A stretch of 64,000 nt of DNA, taken from the NCBI GenBank assembly GCA_963749495.1, contig CAVVMW010000006.1:1088001-1152000 (forward strand), read 5' to 3'. The notes under the pieces are model-generated. The model saw nothing but the letters and a program-made list of their open reading frames with translations. It searched no databases and was not told where the DNA came from. Origin of the DNA: an uncultured bacterium (lineage in GTDB: Bacteria; Verrucomicrobiota; Verrucomicrobiia; Limisphaerales; UBA8199). The translations under genes were made by a program, and so were the position numbers. Below, in pieces: positions 52,310-62,748 of the stretch (its first letter is position 1; each line of letters begins with the position of its first letter).

Positions 52310-52612
52310 TGCGTCGCGGAGCAACGCAGTGATGGTAGCCGTGGACCTCGGTCCACGGTTTGCGGCGTCCGAATCGTCGTGCGCCGCGTAGCAACGCCTG
52401 ACGGCTCCGCGGTTTTCAGGCGTCGCTACGCGACGCGATCGAGCTTGGGCTATAGGTCCGTGGACTCGAAGTCCACGGCTACCATCGGCCACCGCTACGC
52501 GGTGAGCAGGGCGTAGCGTGCGTCGCGGAGCAACGCAGTGAAGGTAGCCGTGGACCTCGGTCCACGGTTTGCGGCGTGGGAACGGCTGCGCGTCGCGTAG
52601 CGACGCCTGACG
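52310..52612. repeat. REP doublet family A, about 1.5 units, between convergent operons
   Basis: Same GTAGCCGTGGAC hairpins and CGTCGCGTAGCGACG palindromes as the 37.5 kb array. Confidence 0.85.
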
Positions 52613-52641
52613 GCTTGGCGCTGGCCGATCTCATCCTGTTT

Positions 52642-54926
52642 TTAGGCACCGTTGCGCGGTGGCGGAAGGCCCCGGCACCCGGCGCAACCGTTGCCCTTGA
52701 GCATAATGGCGCCGGTGGGGCAGACCTCGGCGGCGCGGCGGGCCGATGTGCGCAGGGCCTGCGCCATGGGCCTGGCGAAGGGGACGGCCGCAGCCACCTG
52801 GAAGCCGCGCCCGAGCAAGCAGAGGCCCAGTTCCTCGCCGGCCTGGGCGGCCACCTGCACGCACGCGCCACAGACAATGCACTTGCCAGGCTCGAAGAGG
52901 ATGTCCGGGTGCGAGGTGTCGCGGGCGAAATGGCGGCGCTGTCCGGCGAAGCGTTGGGGGTCCACGCCGGTACTCGGTGGCCAACGCGCGCAGCCGGCAA
53001 GGGATGGCCTTGCCGCAGCCGCAGCCCATGCAGCGCCGCGCCTCGCGCTGCGCGGCCTGCGGCGAAAAGCCCAGCTCGACTTGCTCAAAGGTGGCGCGCC
53101 GCCGCTCGATGGCCAGGTGCGGCATCGGGGCGCGGGCGCCCTGCTCGATGCCGCGAAGCATTGCGGCCAGTTCGTCTTCACTGAGCCTGCCCATCAGGAT
53201 GTTGACCGGCTCCGGAGCGCCGATGACCTGGCCGCCGGCCAGGTATTGGTCCAGTGAGGCGGCGGCGAGTTTGCCGGCGGCCACCGCGCGCACTGCCAGG
53301 TCCGCCCCGGTGACGGCATCGCCACCGGCGAAGACGCCGGGGAGATTGGTTGCGAGGGTCTTGGGGTCGGCGGCAATGCCCCATTTGGACAAGGTCAGCG
53401 CGCTGCCGTCCAGGGGGCCCAGGTCCACGCCCTGCCCGATGGCGGCGATCACGCACGAGGCCGCCACGGCGAATTCCGAGCCTGGAATAGGCACCGGGCG
53501 GGCGCGGCCGCTTTCATCGGGCGGGCCCAATTCCATTCGCAGGCAGGTCAGTGCCAGCTCTGCACCCTGTCGTTCGAGCCGCACCGGGGCGACAAGGAAC
53601 TCGATCTGCACGCCTTCGGCCTCGGCCGCTTCGACCTCTTCCATGAGGCAAGGCATCTCGCGGCGAGTGCGGCGGTAGAGGACGCGCACGGACTTGGCGC
53701 CCAGCCGCACGGCGCAACGGCAGGCATCCATGGCGGTGTTGCCGCCGCCCACGATGACCGCGCGGTCACCCACCACTGGCGGCGGACCGTCGGTGAGCCG
53801 CTCCAGGAAATCGAGCGCCGGCATAGCCAACTCCTCGCCGGGGCAGCCCAGGCCGCGCGAGTCTTGTGCGCCGATGGCCAGGAAGACCGCGTCGAAGTCC
53901 CGGCGCAGGCCGTCCAGGGTGAAGTCGCGGCCCAGTCTTTTGCCGAGGCGGAATTGGGCGCCCTGGTCGCGGATGAGGTTGATTTCGGCATCCAGAACGT
54001 GGCGCGGGAGCCGGAAGGCGGGGATGCCGTAGCGGAGCATTCCGCCGGGCTGCAGGTGGGCATCGAAGAGGACGACCTGATGGCCCCGCCGGAGCAGGTG
54101 GTCGGCCGCTGCAAGGCCGGCGGGACCGGCGCCGACGATGGCGACGCGCCTTCTGAGTGCGGAGTGCGGAGTGAAGAGTGCGGAATGGGGAAGTCCCGTA
54201 CCGGCACCCACGACATTCTCAGCGATTGGGTCGGAGGGAGGAGTTGCTAGTGCGGAGTGGGGAGTGCGGAGTGCGGAATCAGGAATGACGAATGACGAAT
54301 GACGAATGACGAATGAGGAGGGGGGACGGTCTGACCCGTCCGACCCGTCTGACCCGTCTGACCCGTCCGACTCGTCCGACTGGTCCGACGTGAGGCTTTG
54401 GTCGGCGGCGAAGCGGTGGAGGTTGCGGATGGAGAGCGGCTCCTGGAGGTTGCACTGGCGGCAGCGTTGCTCGCAGAGCCGAGGGCAGACCCGGCCCAGA
54501 GAGGCCGGGAGTGTGAGGTCGTCGGTCACGATGCGGGCGGCGGCGGCGAGGTCGCCTGCGGCGATGCCGGCGATGAAACTCGGGATGTCGAGCCGTGCCG
54601 GGCACCCGGTCCGGCAGGGGCCGATGCAGTCGCCGGTGTGGTCGGAGAGGAGGAGTTCGAGGGCGGTTTTGCGCGCGGCCCGGATCTCATCCGAATTGGT
54701 GACAACGTCCATGGCCTGGGCGGCGGGCATGGCGCAGGAGGGCCAGAGATTGGGGCGGCCCTGAATCTGGACGGCGCAGAGAAAACAGGAGGCGGAGGGG
54801 CTCAAGGCCCTCGACATGGCAGAGCGTCGGGATGGCGATGCCCAGCTTGCGGGCGGCCTGGAGAATGGTCTGGCCCGGCTCGACCTGGACCGGGCGGCCG
54901 TCAATGGTGAGGCAAAGGGTGGTCAC
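52642..54926 (-). CDS. [2Fe-2S] + GltD/NfnB-like FAD oxidoreductase + 2[4Fe-4S] (BfuA/StnC-like; frameshifts near 54810 and 52970)
   Basis: TIDG..IPTLCH..SCFLCAV..PSC; PCRTGCPA, LGRVCPRLCEQRC, VAIVGAGPAG, GGMLRYGIP, VGGGNTAMD, FAGGDAVTG; EARRCMGCGC, KCIVCGAC, VCPTGAI. Confidence 0.85.
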
Positions 54927-55122
54927 GGGAGGAAAGCCGAGGGGCGAGGGGCGAGGGACGAGGGACGAGGGACGAGGGGCGAGGGGCAGCGCCTGGTGCC
55001 CGGAACGCGCGATTCCACCCGAGTGTGGGGGTCGGACCCGTGCCTTCGGGCCCTCGGCCCTCGACCCTCGGCCCTCGGCCCTCTGCCTGAAAACTTGTAC
55101 CGGCATCTCATATGGTCACTGG

Positions 55123-57648
55123 TTAGCCCACCGCAATGGCGTCGTACGGGCACACTTGGCGGCAGGAGTCGCAGCGGGTACACTTGGCCGAGTCAATGGT
55201 GTGGCGGGCGTAAGGGGTCATCGGGATGGCGTCCACGGGGCAGCGCTGGGCGCAGAGGGTGCAGCCGGTGCAATTATCGAGCACGCGGTAGTGGATGAGG
55301 GCGGAGCACTTGCCGGCGGGACAGTGCCCGTGCAGGTGCGCCTCGTATTCGTCGCGGAAGTAACGGAGGGTAGTGAGGACCGGGTTGGGGGCGGTCTTGC
55401 CGAGGCCGCAGAGGCTGCCCTGGGTGACCTGGCGGGCGAGTTGTTCGAGTTGGAGCAGGTGCGCGGGTGAGGCCTTGCCGGCGCAAAGCAGGTCGAGCAC
55501 TTCGAGCATGCGCTTGGTCCCAACGCGGCAGAAGGTACACTTGCCGCACGACTGGTTCTGGGTGAACTGGAGGAAGTAGCGGGCGATGTCGACCATGCAG
55601 GCGGTGTCGTCGAGCACAACCAGGCCGCCGGAGCCCATGATGGCGCCGATGTCGCGCAGTGATTCGTAGTCCACGGGCGTATCGGCCAGGCGGGCCGGGA
55701 CGCAGCCGCCAGAGGGCCCGCCAATTTGCACGGCCTTGAACTTGCGTCCCTGGGCGACGCCGCCGCCGATGTCTTCGACGATCTGGCGGAGGGTGGTGCC
55801 CATGGGGATTTCGATGAGGCCGGCCCGGCGCACCTTGCCGGCCAGGGCGAAGACCTTGGTGCCCTTGCTCTTGGCGGTGCCGATGGCGGCAAAGGCCTGC
55901 GCGCCATGGCGAACGAGCCAGGGGACCAGGGCCAGCGTCTCGACGTTGTTGATGAGGGTGGGCTTGCCCCAAAGACCGGATTGGGCGGGAAAAGGCGGGC
56001 GCAGGCGCGGCATGCCGCGCCGGCCCTCGACCGAGGCGATGAGGGCGGTCTCTTCGCCGCAGACGAACGCGCCGGCGCCTTCCTTGATCGAGATGCGCAG
56101 AGGATAATCGCCGCCCAGCAGATGCTCGCCCAGCCAGCCGCGCCGCCCGCATTCGGCCAGAGCGGCCTTGATCCGCCGCAGGGCCTGGGGATACTCGTGG
56201 CGAATGTAGAAGATGGCGTCGTGCGCGCCAACCGCGAGCGCCGCGATGGCCAGCCCTTCAATGACCCGATAGGGAAACGACTCGAGGATCATCCGGTCCA
56301 TGAACGCCCCCGGGTCGCCTTCGTCGCCATTGCAGATCACGTACTTGACCTGGCCGGGCTGCTGGCGGACGACGCGCCATTTCTGGCCGGTGGGAAACCC
56401 GGCGCCGCCGCGTCCGCGCAGGCCCGACTGCTCGACGGTTTGGATGAGTTGCTCGGGGGAAAGCGGGGGCGTGCCGAGGGGCGAGGGTGGAGGGGCGAGG
56501 GTGGAGGGATGGGTGGGCGAGGGCGCGGCAGCGTTTTGGACTGCGGCAGTCCTCTGCCGCTTTTCCGGCCCCTGGGAGTCCGAAAGCGCCAGAGGACTGG
56601 CGCAGTCCAAAACCTTGCGGGCTTCAGGGGTTGGTGCGGCGGCTCCGAGGCATCTTGCCAGGGCGGCGAAGCCGTCATGGGCCAGGTATTCATCCAGGTC
56701 CAGCGGGTCGAGCCGGCCGAAGTGCTCCATGGCGATGTGGACCTGGCGCTCGAAGAAGGCGCGCAGTGCGGGGTCAGGCTGGGGCGCGGGCAGGGACTGG
56801 GCGCGGGGAGAGACCTCGTCCACCAGCAAGCTGTCCAGGGCGCGGGTCCAGGCCCGAGAAAGGCGGCGCAGCACGCCGCGGGGACGGAAGAGTCCCTGGA
56901 CCAGCTCGCCGGCTTGGGAGACTGCCAGCCCGTCATAGGTCACACTGGGCCGGCCTGGCCTGGCGACCTCGATAACGGGTGTGCGATAGCAGGCGGCGAC
57001 GCAGCCGACGCGTTTGACGGTTGCGTTGGCGCCAGTGAGCCGGAGGCCCTCCTGCAGTGCCTGGAAGACCCGGTCGGTTCCTTTGGCTACGCAACAGGAG
57101 TCGAGGCAGACTTTGATTTGGGCGCCGCCGTTTTGCGGGGCGCGGGCGGCGGGCGCGGGTTGTGCGGTGGCGGCGCGCTGGCGGGTGGCCAGGAAATCGC
57201 GGATTGCCCCCGGGACCTTCTCGGAGTTGGCGTAGCCGAAGGTCTGGTCGGCGATCCGGACCACCGGGGCGAGAGTGCAGCAGCCCAGGCAGGCGACCCG
57301 CTCCAGGGTGAATTGGCCTTGGGCGTCGATCTGCGACCCCTCGGGGATGCGCAGGTGCCGGCGCAAGGCATCTTCGACCCTCTCGGCGCCTCCCACGTGG
57401 CAGGCCGTGCCGTGGCACATCTGGACGATGTATTTTCCGGCCGGCTGGTGGCGGAACATGTCGTAAAACGAGGAGACCCCAGCGATGGCGGCGGGCGTGA
57501 TTTGGCTGGCCTGGCAAACCCGGAGCAGGGCCTCGGCCGGGAGGTAGCCATAGTGGTCCTGCATCTCCTGCAGGATTGGGATGACCGCATCGGGCTGCCG
57601 CCCGATCCGCTCCACGGCTTCATCGACGAATTTCAGGTCAACCGCCAT
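55123..57648 (-). CDS. NuoE-thioredoxin-like Fd-NuoF fusion with C-terminal 2[4Fe-4S] (HydBC/BfuBC-like)
   Basis: CHGTACH..CLGCC; CLDSCC..GCVAAC; SGLRGRGGAGFPTG, NGDEGDPGAFMDR, FVCGEETAL, SCGKCTFCR, CTGCTLC..CTRCDSC. Confidence 0.92.
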   Translation of the reverse strand: MAVDLKFVDEAVERIGRQPDAVIPILQEMQDHYGYLPAEALLRVCQASQITPAAIAGVSSFYDMFRHQPAGKYIVQMCHGTACHVGGAERVEDALRRHLRIPEGSQIDAQGQFTLERVACLGCCTLAPVVRIADQTFGYANSEKVPGAIRDFLATRQRAATAQPAPAARAPQNGGAQIKVCLDSCCVAKGTDRVFQALQEGLRLTGANATVKRVGCVAACYRTPVIEVARPGRPSVTYDGLAVSQAGELVQGLFRPRGVLRRLSRAWTRALDSLLVDEVSPRAQSLPAPQPDPALRAFFERQVHIAMEHFGRLDPLDLDEYLAHDGFAALARCLGAAAPTPEARKVLDCASPLALSDSQGPEKRQRTAAVQNAAAPSPTHPSTLAPPPSPLGTPPLSPEQLIQTVEQSGLRGRGGAGFPTGQKWRVVRQQPGQVKYVICNGDEGDPGAFMDRMILESFPYRVIEGLAIAALAVGAHDAIFYIRHEYPQALRRIKAALAECGRRGWLGEHLLGGDYPLRISIKEGAGAFVCGEETALIASVEGRRGMPRLRPPFPAQSGLWGKPTLINNVETLALVPWLVRHGAQAFAAIGTAKSKGTKVFALAGKVRRAGLIEIPMGTTLRQIVEDIGGGVAQGRKFKAVQIGGPSGGCVPARLADTPVDYESLRDIGAIMGSGGLVVLDDTACMVDIARYFLQFTQNQSCGKCTFCRVGTKRMLEVLDLLCAGKASPAHLLQLEQLARQVTQGSLCGLGKTAPNPVLTTLRYFRDEYEAHLHGHCPAGKCSALIHYRVLDNCTGCTLCAQRCPVDAIPMTPYARHTIDSAKCTRCDSCRQVCPYDAIAVG

Positions 57649-57772
57649 AGCAGGGAAGAAATGACGAATGACGAATGACGAATGACGAATGAGCAGATTC
57701 AGGCAGCCAGCCAAACCGCCATGGGTGCTGGTTGCCGCCGCGTGACATGACTTTTTCCTTATTCGTCATTCG

Positions 57773-59539
57773 TCATTGGCGTCTTGGCGCCTCGATGCAG
57801 TAGATGTTGGTCACGCCTCGGAGGAAGAACCTGTCCTGCACGAAAGCGGGGCTGGCGTGGAAGGCGTCGGCCATGTCGGTGCGGAAGAGTTCTTTGAATT
57901 GGGGCGCGGCTTCGACCACGACCGCGGCGCCCTTTTGGGTGAAGAGGTAGAGGCGGTTTGCTGCGATGCTGGGGGAGGCATGGCACTCGGTTTCGTAATC
58001 GTGCTCCCAGAGTTTCTTGCCGTCCTTGGCATTCCAGCAGGTGAGCAGGCCGGAGGTGGTGAGGGCGAAGACCAGTTCGCCGTTGCTGGCGGGGCTGGTC
58101 ACATCCGGCACATTATCCTCGGTGGTCCAGACGACATGGGTTTTGGTGACGTCGCCCTGGCCGTCGGGGCGAATGGCGAGCAGTTTATCGGAGGGGCTGG
58201 CAACGAAGACCATCCCGCCGGCGAAGATGGGCGAGGGTGTGATTTCGCCGCTGAGCCCCTCGACGCGCCACAACTCGGCGCCATCCTCGGCGGAATAGGC
58301 AATGACCCAGGGGACGGCCAGCGTGATGATCTGGGACTTGCCGGCAGCCTCGATGAGGATCGGCGTTGCCCAGGATGCGCCCACCTTGCGCGGCTTTTGC
58401 CAAATGACTTGCCCGGTGTGGCCGTCCAGCTCGTAGAGTTTGGACCTGCCCTCCTCGCTGTCGCCTTGGTCCAGTTGCAGGATAATACGGTCGCGCCAGG
58501 TTGCCAGCGAGGTGGCGTGGCCGTAGGGGTTCTTGAGCGGGGCGAGGCTCCTGGCCCAAAGGACCTTGCCCTCGAAGCTCAGCGCCGCCAGGTCGGCGTT
58601 TGCGAAGAACACGTAGAGACGGCGCCCGTCCGAGGCCATGGACGCGGCGGCATAGCCGGTCGTGTCCGGAATTTCGCCCGGCTGAGTGGGGCTGCCGGGG
58701 ACCTTCTCGATGGGCTGGCGCCAAAGCGGCCGGCCCGTCTTGGCATCGAGGCAGAACACCTCCCGTTTGGCGGCGTCGCCGCCCGAGAAAAAGACGCGCC
58801 CGTCCCAGACAATCGGCGAGTTGAACCCGGGCGCCGGGACGGGAGATTTCCACGCCAGGCCCGCGCCGCTCTTCAGGTCCCAGCTTGCCGGGGCATTGGT
58901 AAAGGCGGAGACGCCGCCGCCGTCGGCGCCGCGAAACCGGGGCCAGTTCCGTCTCAGTTCATTCATCGGAGCGGCATCGTTGGCGGCAGGGGCGGCGCTG
59001 TCCGGGGCGCCAAGCAATTTAGCTATCGCCTCGGGGCGCTCCGGCAGCGCGCTGCTCGAGCCGAGGCGCAGGAAAAAAAGACCTGCGCCAAGGCCGGCTC
59101 CGCAGGCGGCCACGCACCATCGGGCCAGCGCGCCCGCTCGAGCCGACTGGGTCGAGGCCTCCGGGTTAGGCTGGGGCAGAGGAGGCTGTCGCTGGTAGTG
59201 CGCGACGCGCTTGGAGGCGAGAGCAAAGAGGGCGACCGCACCCAGCAACAGCCAGACGCCCGAGTTCATTCGCGACAATTGGCGGAAGTAGCGCTGACGG
59301 AGCCGCAGATCCAGTTGGCGAATGTCCTGCTTGAGTTGCTCGTCAGCCGGGCTTTGGGCCAATTTCTCCTTGTATTGTTTGAGACCGGCCGACTTGAGCG
59401 GGTCGTCTGCCCTGGTATTGAAGTGGCCCGCGAGCATCCCCAGGCCGGCCAGCAAGGCAAAGCCCCCGGCCATCCACGCGGTCAAGCGCCAGGCGCGACA
59501 CATCGAGTGCGGAGTGGGGAGTGCGGAGTGCGGGGTCAT
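57773..59539 (-). CDS. Membrane-anchored PQQ-like (BamB-type) beta-propeller protein
   Basis: Three N-terminal TM segments, NWPRFRG, GFNSPIVW, TG..LW repeats, ASPA. Confidence 0.85.
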   Translation of the reverse strand: MTPHSALPTPHSMCRAWRLTAWMAGGFALLAGLGMLAGHFNTRADDPLKSAGLKQYKEKLAQSPADEQLKQDIRQLDLRLRQRYFRQLSRMNSGVWLLLGAVALFALASKRVAHYQRQPPLPQPNPEASTQSARAGALARWCVAACGAGLGAGLFFLRLGSSSALPERPEAIAKLLGAPDSAAPAANDAAPMNELRRNWPRFRGADGGGVSAFTNAPASWDLKSGAGLAWKSPVPAPGFNSPIVWDGRVFFSGGDAAKREVFCLDAKTGRPLWRQPIEKVPGSPTQPGEIPDTTGYAAASMASDGRRLYVFFANADLAALSFEGKVLWARSLAPLKNPYGHATSLATWRDRIILQLDQGDSEEGRSKLYELDGHTGQVIWQKPRKVGASWATPILIEAAGKSQIITLAVPWVIAYSAEDGAELWRVEGLSGEITPSPIFAGGMVFVASPSDKLLAIRPDGQGDVTKTHVVWTTEDNVPDVTSPASNGELVFALTTSGLLTCWNAKDGKKLWEHDYETECHASPSIAANRLYLFTQKGAAVVVEAAPQFKELFRTDMADAFHASPAFVQDRFFLRGVTNIYCIEAPRRQ

Positions 59540-59540
59540 G

Positions 59541-61138
59541 TCAGGGGATTGGGCTTGCGCAATTGATCGGACCGGTCGGACTGGTCGGACTTGTCGGACT
59601 GGTCTGGGCGGTGGGCACGATGCCGCGCCGGAGCAATTCGTTGGGGCAATACTCGAGGCAGCGGGCGCAGGCCAGGCAGGCGCCGCGGTCCGGTTCGTAA
59701 TCGGCGCGTTGGCGGCGAACGGAGAGGCTCAGGAGCTTGGCGCCGACGACGAGGCCGACCCAGGCGCCAAAAAGCCAGCCGCCCAGGCGGAACTTGTGCT
59801 GGATGGCGGCGGCCTGGGCCAGGAGGGCTTGTGGGTTTTGCCGGGCGCGTTCGAGGTCCAGGTCGTCTGCGGCCAGGGCGCCGGTCTTGGGCGGGGTGTC
59901 GCGCTCGAGCACGAATCGGTGCGCGAGACTGACGCTGGGGTGCAGGCGGGAGGCGGGAACAGCCAGGCGCCCGCCGAGCCAGGCGCCAGCGGCCACGAGC
60001 GCCGGCAACAGCAGGAGCAGCCAGGCCAGCCGCCGCCGGTCCAGGGCGAGCGTTCTGGGTTCGGGCTTGCCTGACTCGGGCCGGCGCATGGCACCGAAGG
60101 GACAGGAACTCTCGCACAACCGGCATTGGGTGCAGGAACCGGGCGTCACGCGCAGGCGCCACTTGGCAACGGAACCGGCCAGCTTGAGCAGGGCGCCGTA
60201 AGGGCAGAGGAACCGGCAGTAGGGCCGCCCGACGAACACGCCCAGCACGAGCAGGCCCGCCCCCACCAGCACCATCAGCGTTCGGCCGCTCATCCGGAAT
60301 ACGGGGATGAACGGGTCGTATTCGCAAATAATGAGGGCGCTGCCGGTGGCCGCAAAGAGCACCGCCCCGCCCAGATAGATGAACGGCAGGATGCCCAGGC
60401 CCTGTTCGAGCCAGAAGGGCAGTTTCACAGGCTTGAGCAGGAGCAGATCCTGCAACGCGCCGTGGGGACACACCCCGGCGCAGAAGGCCCGGCCGACGAA
60501 CAACGCGAGGGCCAGCGGCAGCACGAAAAAGGCGATCACCGCCACCGGCACGGCATAGGCCGGGTCGCCCAGGGCCTGCGCTATGTTCTGCAACGAGCCA
60601 ATAGCGCAAACGCAGCCCTTGCGCCAGAACCCGAAGTAGAGCAGCGAGAACATCGAGAGCGCCACCAGGCCCCGGCGCGAGCGGCGCCTATAGATCAGCC
60701 AGGTCGCCAGGCCCAGCGCCGCCGCCAGAACGGCGACATCCAGATACTGGAGCGCCAGCGCCCGCGCCGCAGGCATGGCGCTCACCGGGAGCTGATGGTT
60801 GGTCTCGACAAAATCGGGCGGGGGAAACCGCTGCTCGGCACGCGCACTGACTGGGCAGAAGAGAGCAGGCCGGCCGCCAGAGCGCAAAGGCGGAGGACGG
60901 AGGACGGAGGACGGAGGACGGAGATCGGAAATTTGAAATTGAAAATTGAAAATTGAAAATTGAAAATTGAAAATTTGAAATCTGAGATCTGAGGTTTGGA
61001 AGGCGCGGCTGACGAAGCACAGGAGGGAGCGGGCATCGCGCCCTCCGGCCTCCGCCCTCCGGCCTCCGCCCTCCGGCCTCCGCCCTCCGGCCTCGGGCTT
61101 CCGCACTCCGCACTCCGCATTCTGCACTCCGCACTCAT
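59541..61138 (-). CDS. NapH/NosR-like membrane 4Fe-4S binding protein (repeat-rich N-terminus, probable frameshift near 60865; start uncertain)
   Basis: GCVCAIG, GRAFCAGVCPHGALQD, CEYDPF, RPYCRFLCPYG, CTQCRLC..CP, CLACARC..CP. Confidence 0.82.
60890..61135. repeat. Compound heptamer repeat tract
   Basis: (GGAGGAC)n, (GAAAATT)n, (CCTCCGC/CCTCCGG)n and (CGCACTC)n in succession. Confidence 0.85.
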
Positions 61139-61711
61139 CTAGTGGCTGATGGTCTTGAGCAGGTACGGGTGCTGGGCCGGCACACGGCGGAAGGCATCGC
61201 CGGGGCAGACTTTGGAGATGGCGCATTCGTTGCAATTGACACAGCGGTCGTGGCGGACCTGGAGGAAGAGGGAGCCGTTGCCGAAGCGGTTGCAGCCCTC
61301 GACACATTTGGCGCAACCGATGCAGAGCCGTTCGTCAATGGTGTATTCGTAATAGGGGTCCTCGACAAAAGAGCGTTTGATGGCGGCCGTGGGGCAGAGG
61401 CAGTTTTCGGCGCCGGTGTTGAGGTCGTTGGGCGAGGGCTCGAAATAGCCGGTGCAGAGCTGGCAATAGCCGCAGATGGCGAAGGCATGGACGCACTTGA
61501 CGGCGGATTGTTCGAGCACGCAGTGGGTGGCGCAGTGGTCGCAGCGCAGGCACCGCTGGGGGTCGATTTGCCAAACCGTGCCGTTGGCCGTGGCGCGCCC
61601 GGCGACGACGCCGAGCAGGCCGCCCAGGCCCGTGATGGCTGCGGCGCGGGCGCCCTCGCGCAGGAATTGCCGCCGGCTGACCGGCGCGGGGCTGGAGGGT
61701 TGATCGGCCAT
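61139..61711 (-). CDS. Tat-signal polyferredoxin
   Basis: SRRQFLR, CLRCDHC..C, CGYCQLC, CP, CIGCAKC..C, CVNCNEC..CP. Confidence 0.85.
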   Translation of the reverse strand: MADQPSSPAPVSRRQFLREGARAAAITGLGGLLGVVAGRATANGTVWQIDPQRCLRCDHCATHCVLEQSAVKCVHAFAICGYCQLCTGYFEPSPNDLNTGAENCLCPTAAIKRSFVEDPYYEYTIDERLCIGCAKCVEGCNRFGNGSLFLQVRHDRCVNCNECAISKVCPGDAFRRVPAQHPYLLKTISH

Positions 61712-61722
61712 GCTCTGCTGCC

Positions 61723-62748
61723 TTACGCCAACGGTTCCATCACGCGCACGTCCGCAACAACCAAGTCCAGGACATAGATGCGGCCTCCAGCGTCGGCGGC
61801 GGCGTCCAGGCCGCCCAGCGAACCGTCGGCGGTGTCGTGCAGAGAGCCGGCCCTGGCGTTTTCCGGGAATGACTCGGGCCCGGCCACGACGCTCTCGAAG
61901 GCGCCCTGGGCGGAATAGATTTTGACGCGCGGGAGGCCCTTTTCGCACGTGACGAGGCGGCCATCGGACAAGAGGGCCAGGCCGACGGGATTGCAGCAAC
62001 CGCAGAAGCCCTCGATGGCGGCGGTCGGTTTGCCCCAGGACGACTCGAGGTCGCCCTGCGCCGTATAGACCTCGACGCGATGGCGTCCGGGATTGTTTAC
62101 CCGCAGCAGCCCGTCCCGGCCCACTTTCACATCGAGGTAGGGGCTGGGGACGATCAGGCCGGGGATGTTCCGGCCGTTGTTCTTGTCCCCGATGCGGCCG
62201 GCCAGTTTGCCCGAGCGGTCGTAACGGAGCACGACGCGGTTGCCGGCATCGGCCACAAACACGTCGTTGCCAGCCACGGCCAAACCGGTGAACCAGACCT
62301 TCTTGCCCGGGGATTCCCAGGCGGCCTGGCGCCGGCCTTTGGAGTCGAGCACCTCGACATGGTCGCGCAGGCCGGTGTAAATGGTTCCATCGGGAGCAAC
62401 CGCGATGCACCGCGCCGGGGCCGGCAGGGCCATCTGGGCCAGAGGCGCGCCCTGGCCATCCAGGACGTTCACGCCGTTCCTGGCGGCGATGTAAAGGCGG
62501 TTGTCCGGGCCCAGGGCCAGCCGGCGCGGCGCCGGGCCGGGGCAGGCAAAGCGGGCGGCCTGACGATAGCGGATGAGCTTGGGGTCGGTCTTGCTGAGCC
62601 GGTCGAGGTCATAGGCGAAGGGATTGGCGTTTGGCGGGGCTGCAGCGGCGGCGGCCAGCGAGGCCCCGCCCGCCGCCAGCCATCCGGCTCCGCCCGCGCT
62701 TTGCCGGATGAACCGGCGCCGGCTGATTCTCTGGCTTCGGTCTCTCAT
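61723..62748 (-). CDS. Tat-signal NHL-repeat beta-propeller protein with GFCGCCNP motif
   Basis: SRRRFIR, VFVADAGNRVV, NNPGRHRVE, EGFCGCCNP, TCEKGLPRVK. Confidence 0.82.
   Translation of the reverse strand: MRDRSQRISRRRFIRQSAGGAGWLAAGGASLAAAAAAPPNANPFAYDLDRLSKTDPKLIRYRQAARFACPGPAPRRLALGPDNRLYIAARNGVNVLDGQGAPLAQMALPAPARCIAVAPDGTIYTGLRDHVEVLDSKGRRQAAWESPGKKVWFTGLAVAGNDVFVADAGNRVVLRYDRSGKLAGRIGDKNNGRNIPGLIVPSPYLDVKVGRDGLLRVNNPGRHRVEVYTAQGDLESSWGKPTAAIEGFCGCCNPVGLALLSDGRLVTCEKGLPRVKIYSAQGAFESVVAGPESFPENARAGSLHDTADGSLGGLDAAADAGGRIYVLDLVVADVRVMEPLA

Noticed and set aside
52642..57648. [FeFe]-hydrogenase, formate dehydrogenase, complex I or glutamate synthase
   Set aside because: No H-cluster motifs, no Mo-bisPGD domain, no other nuo genes and no gltB nearby
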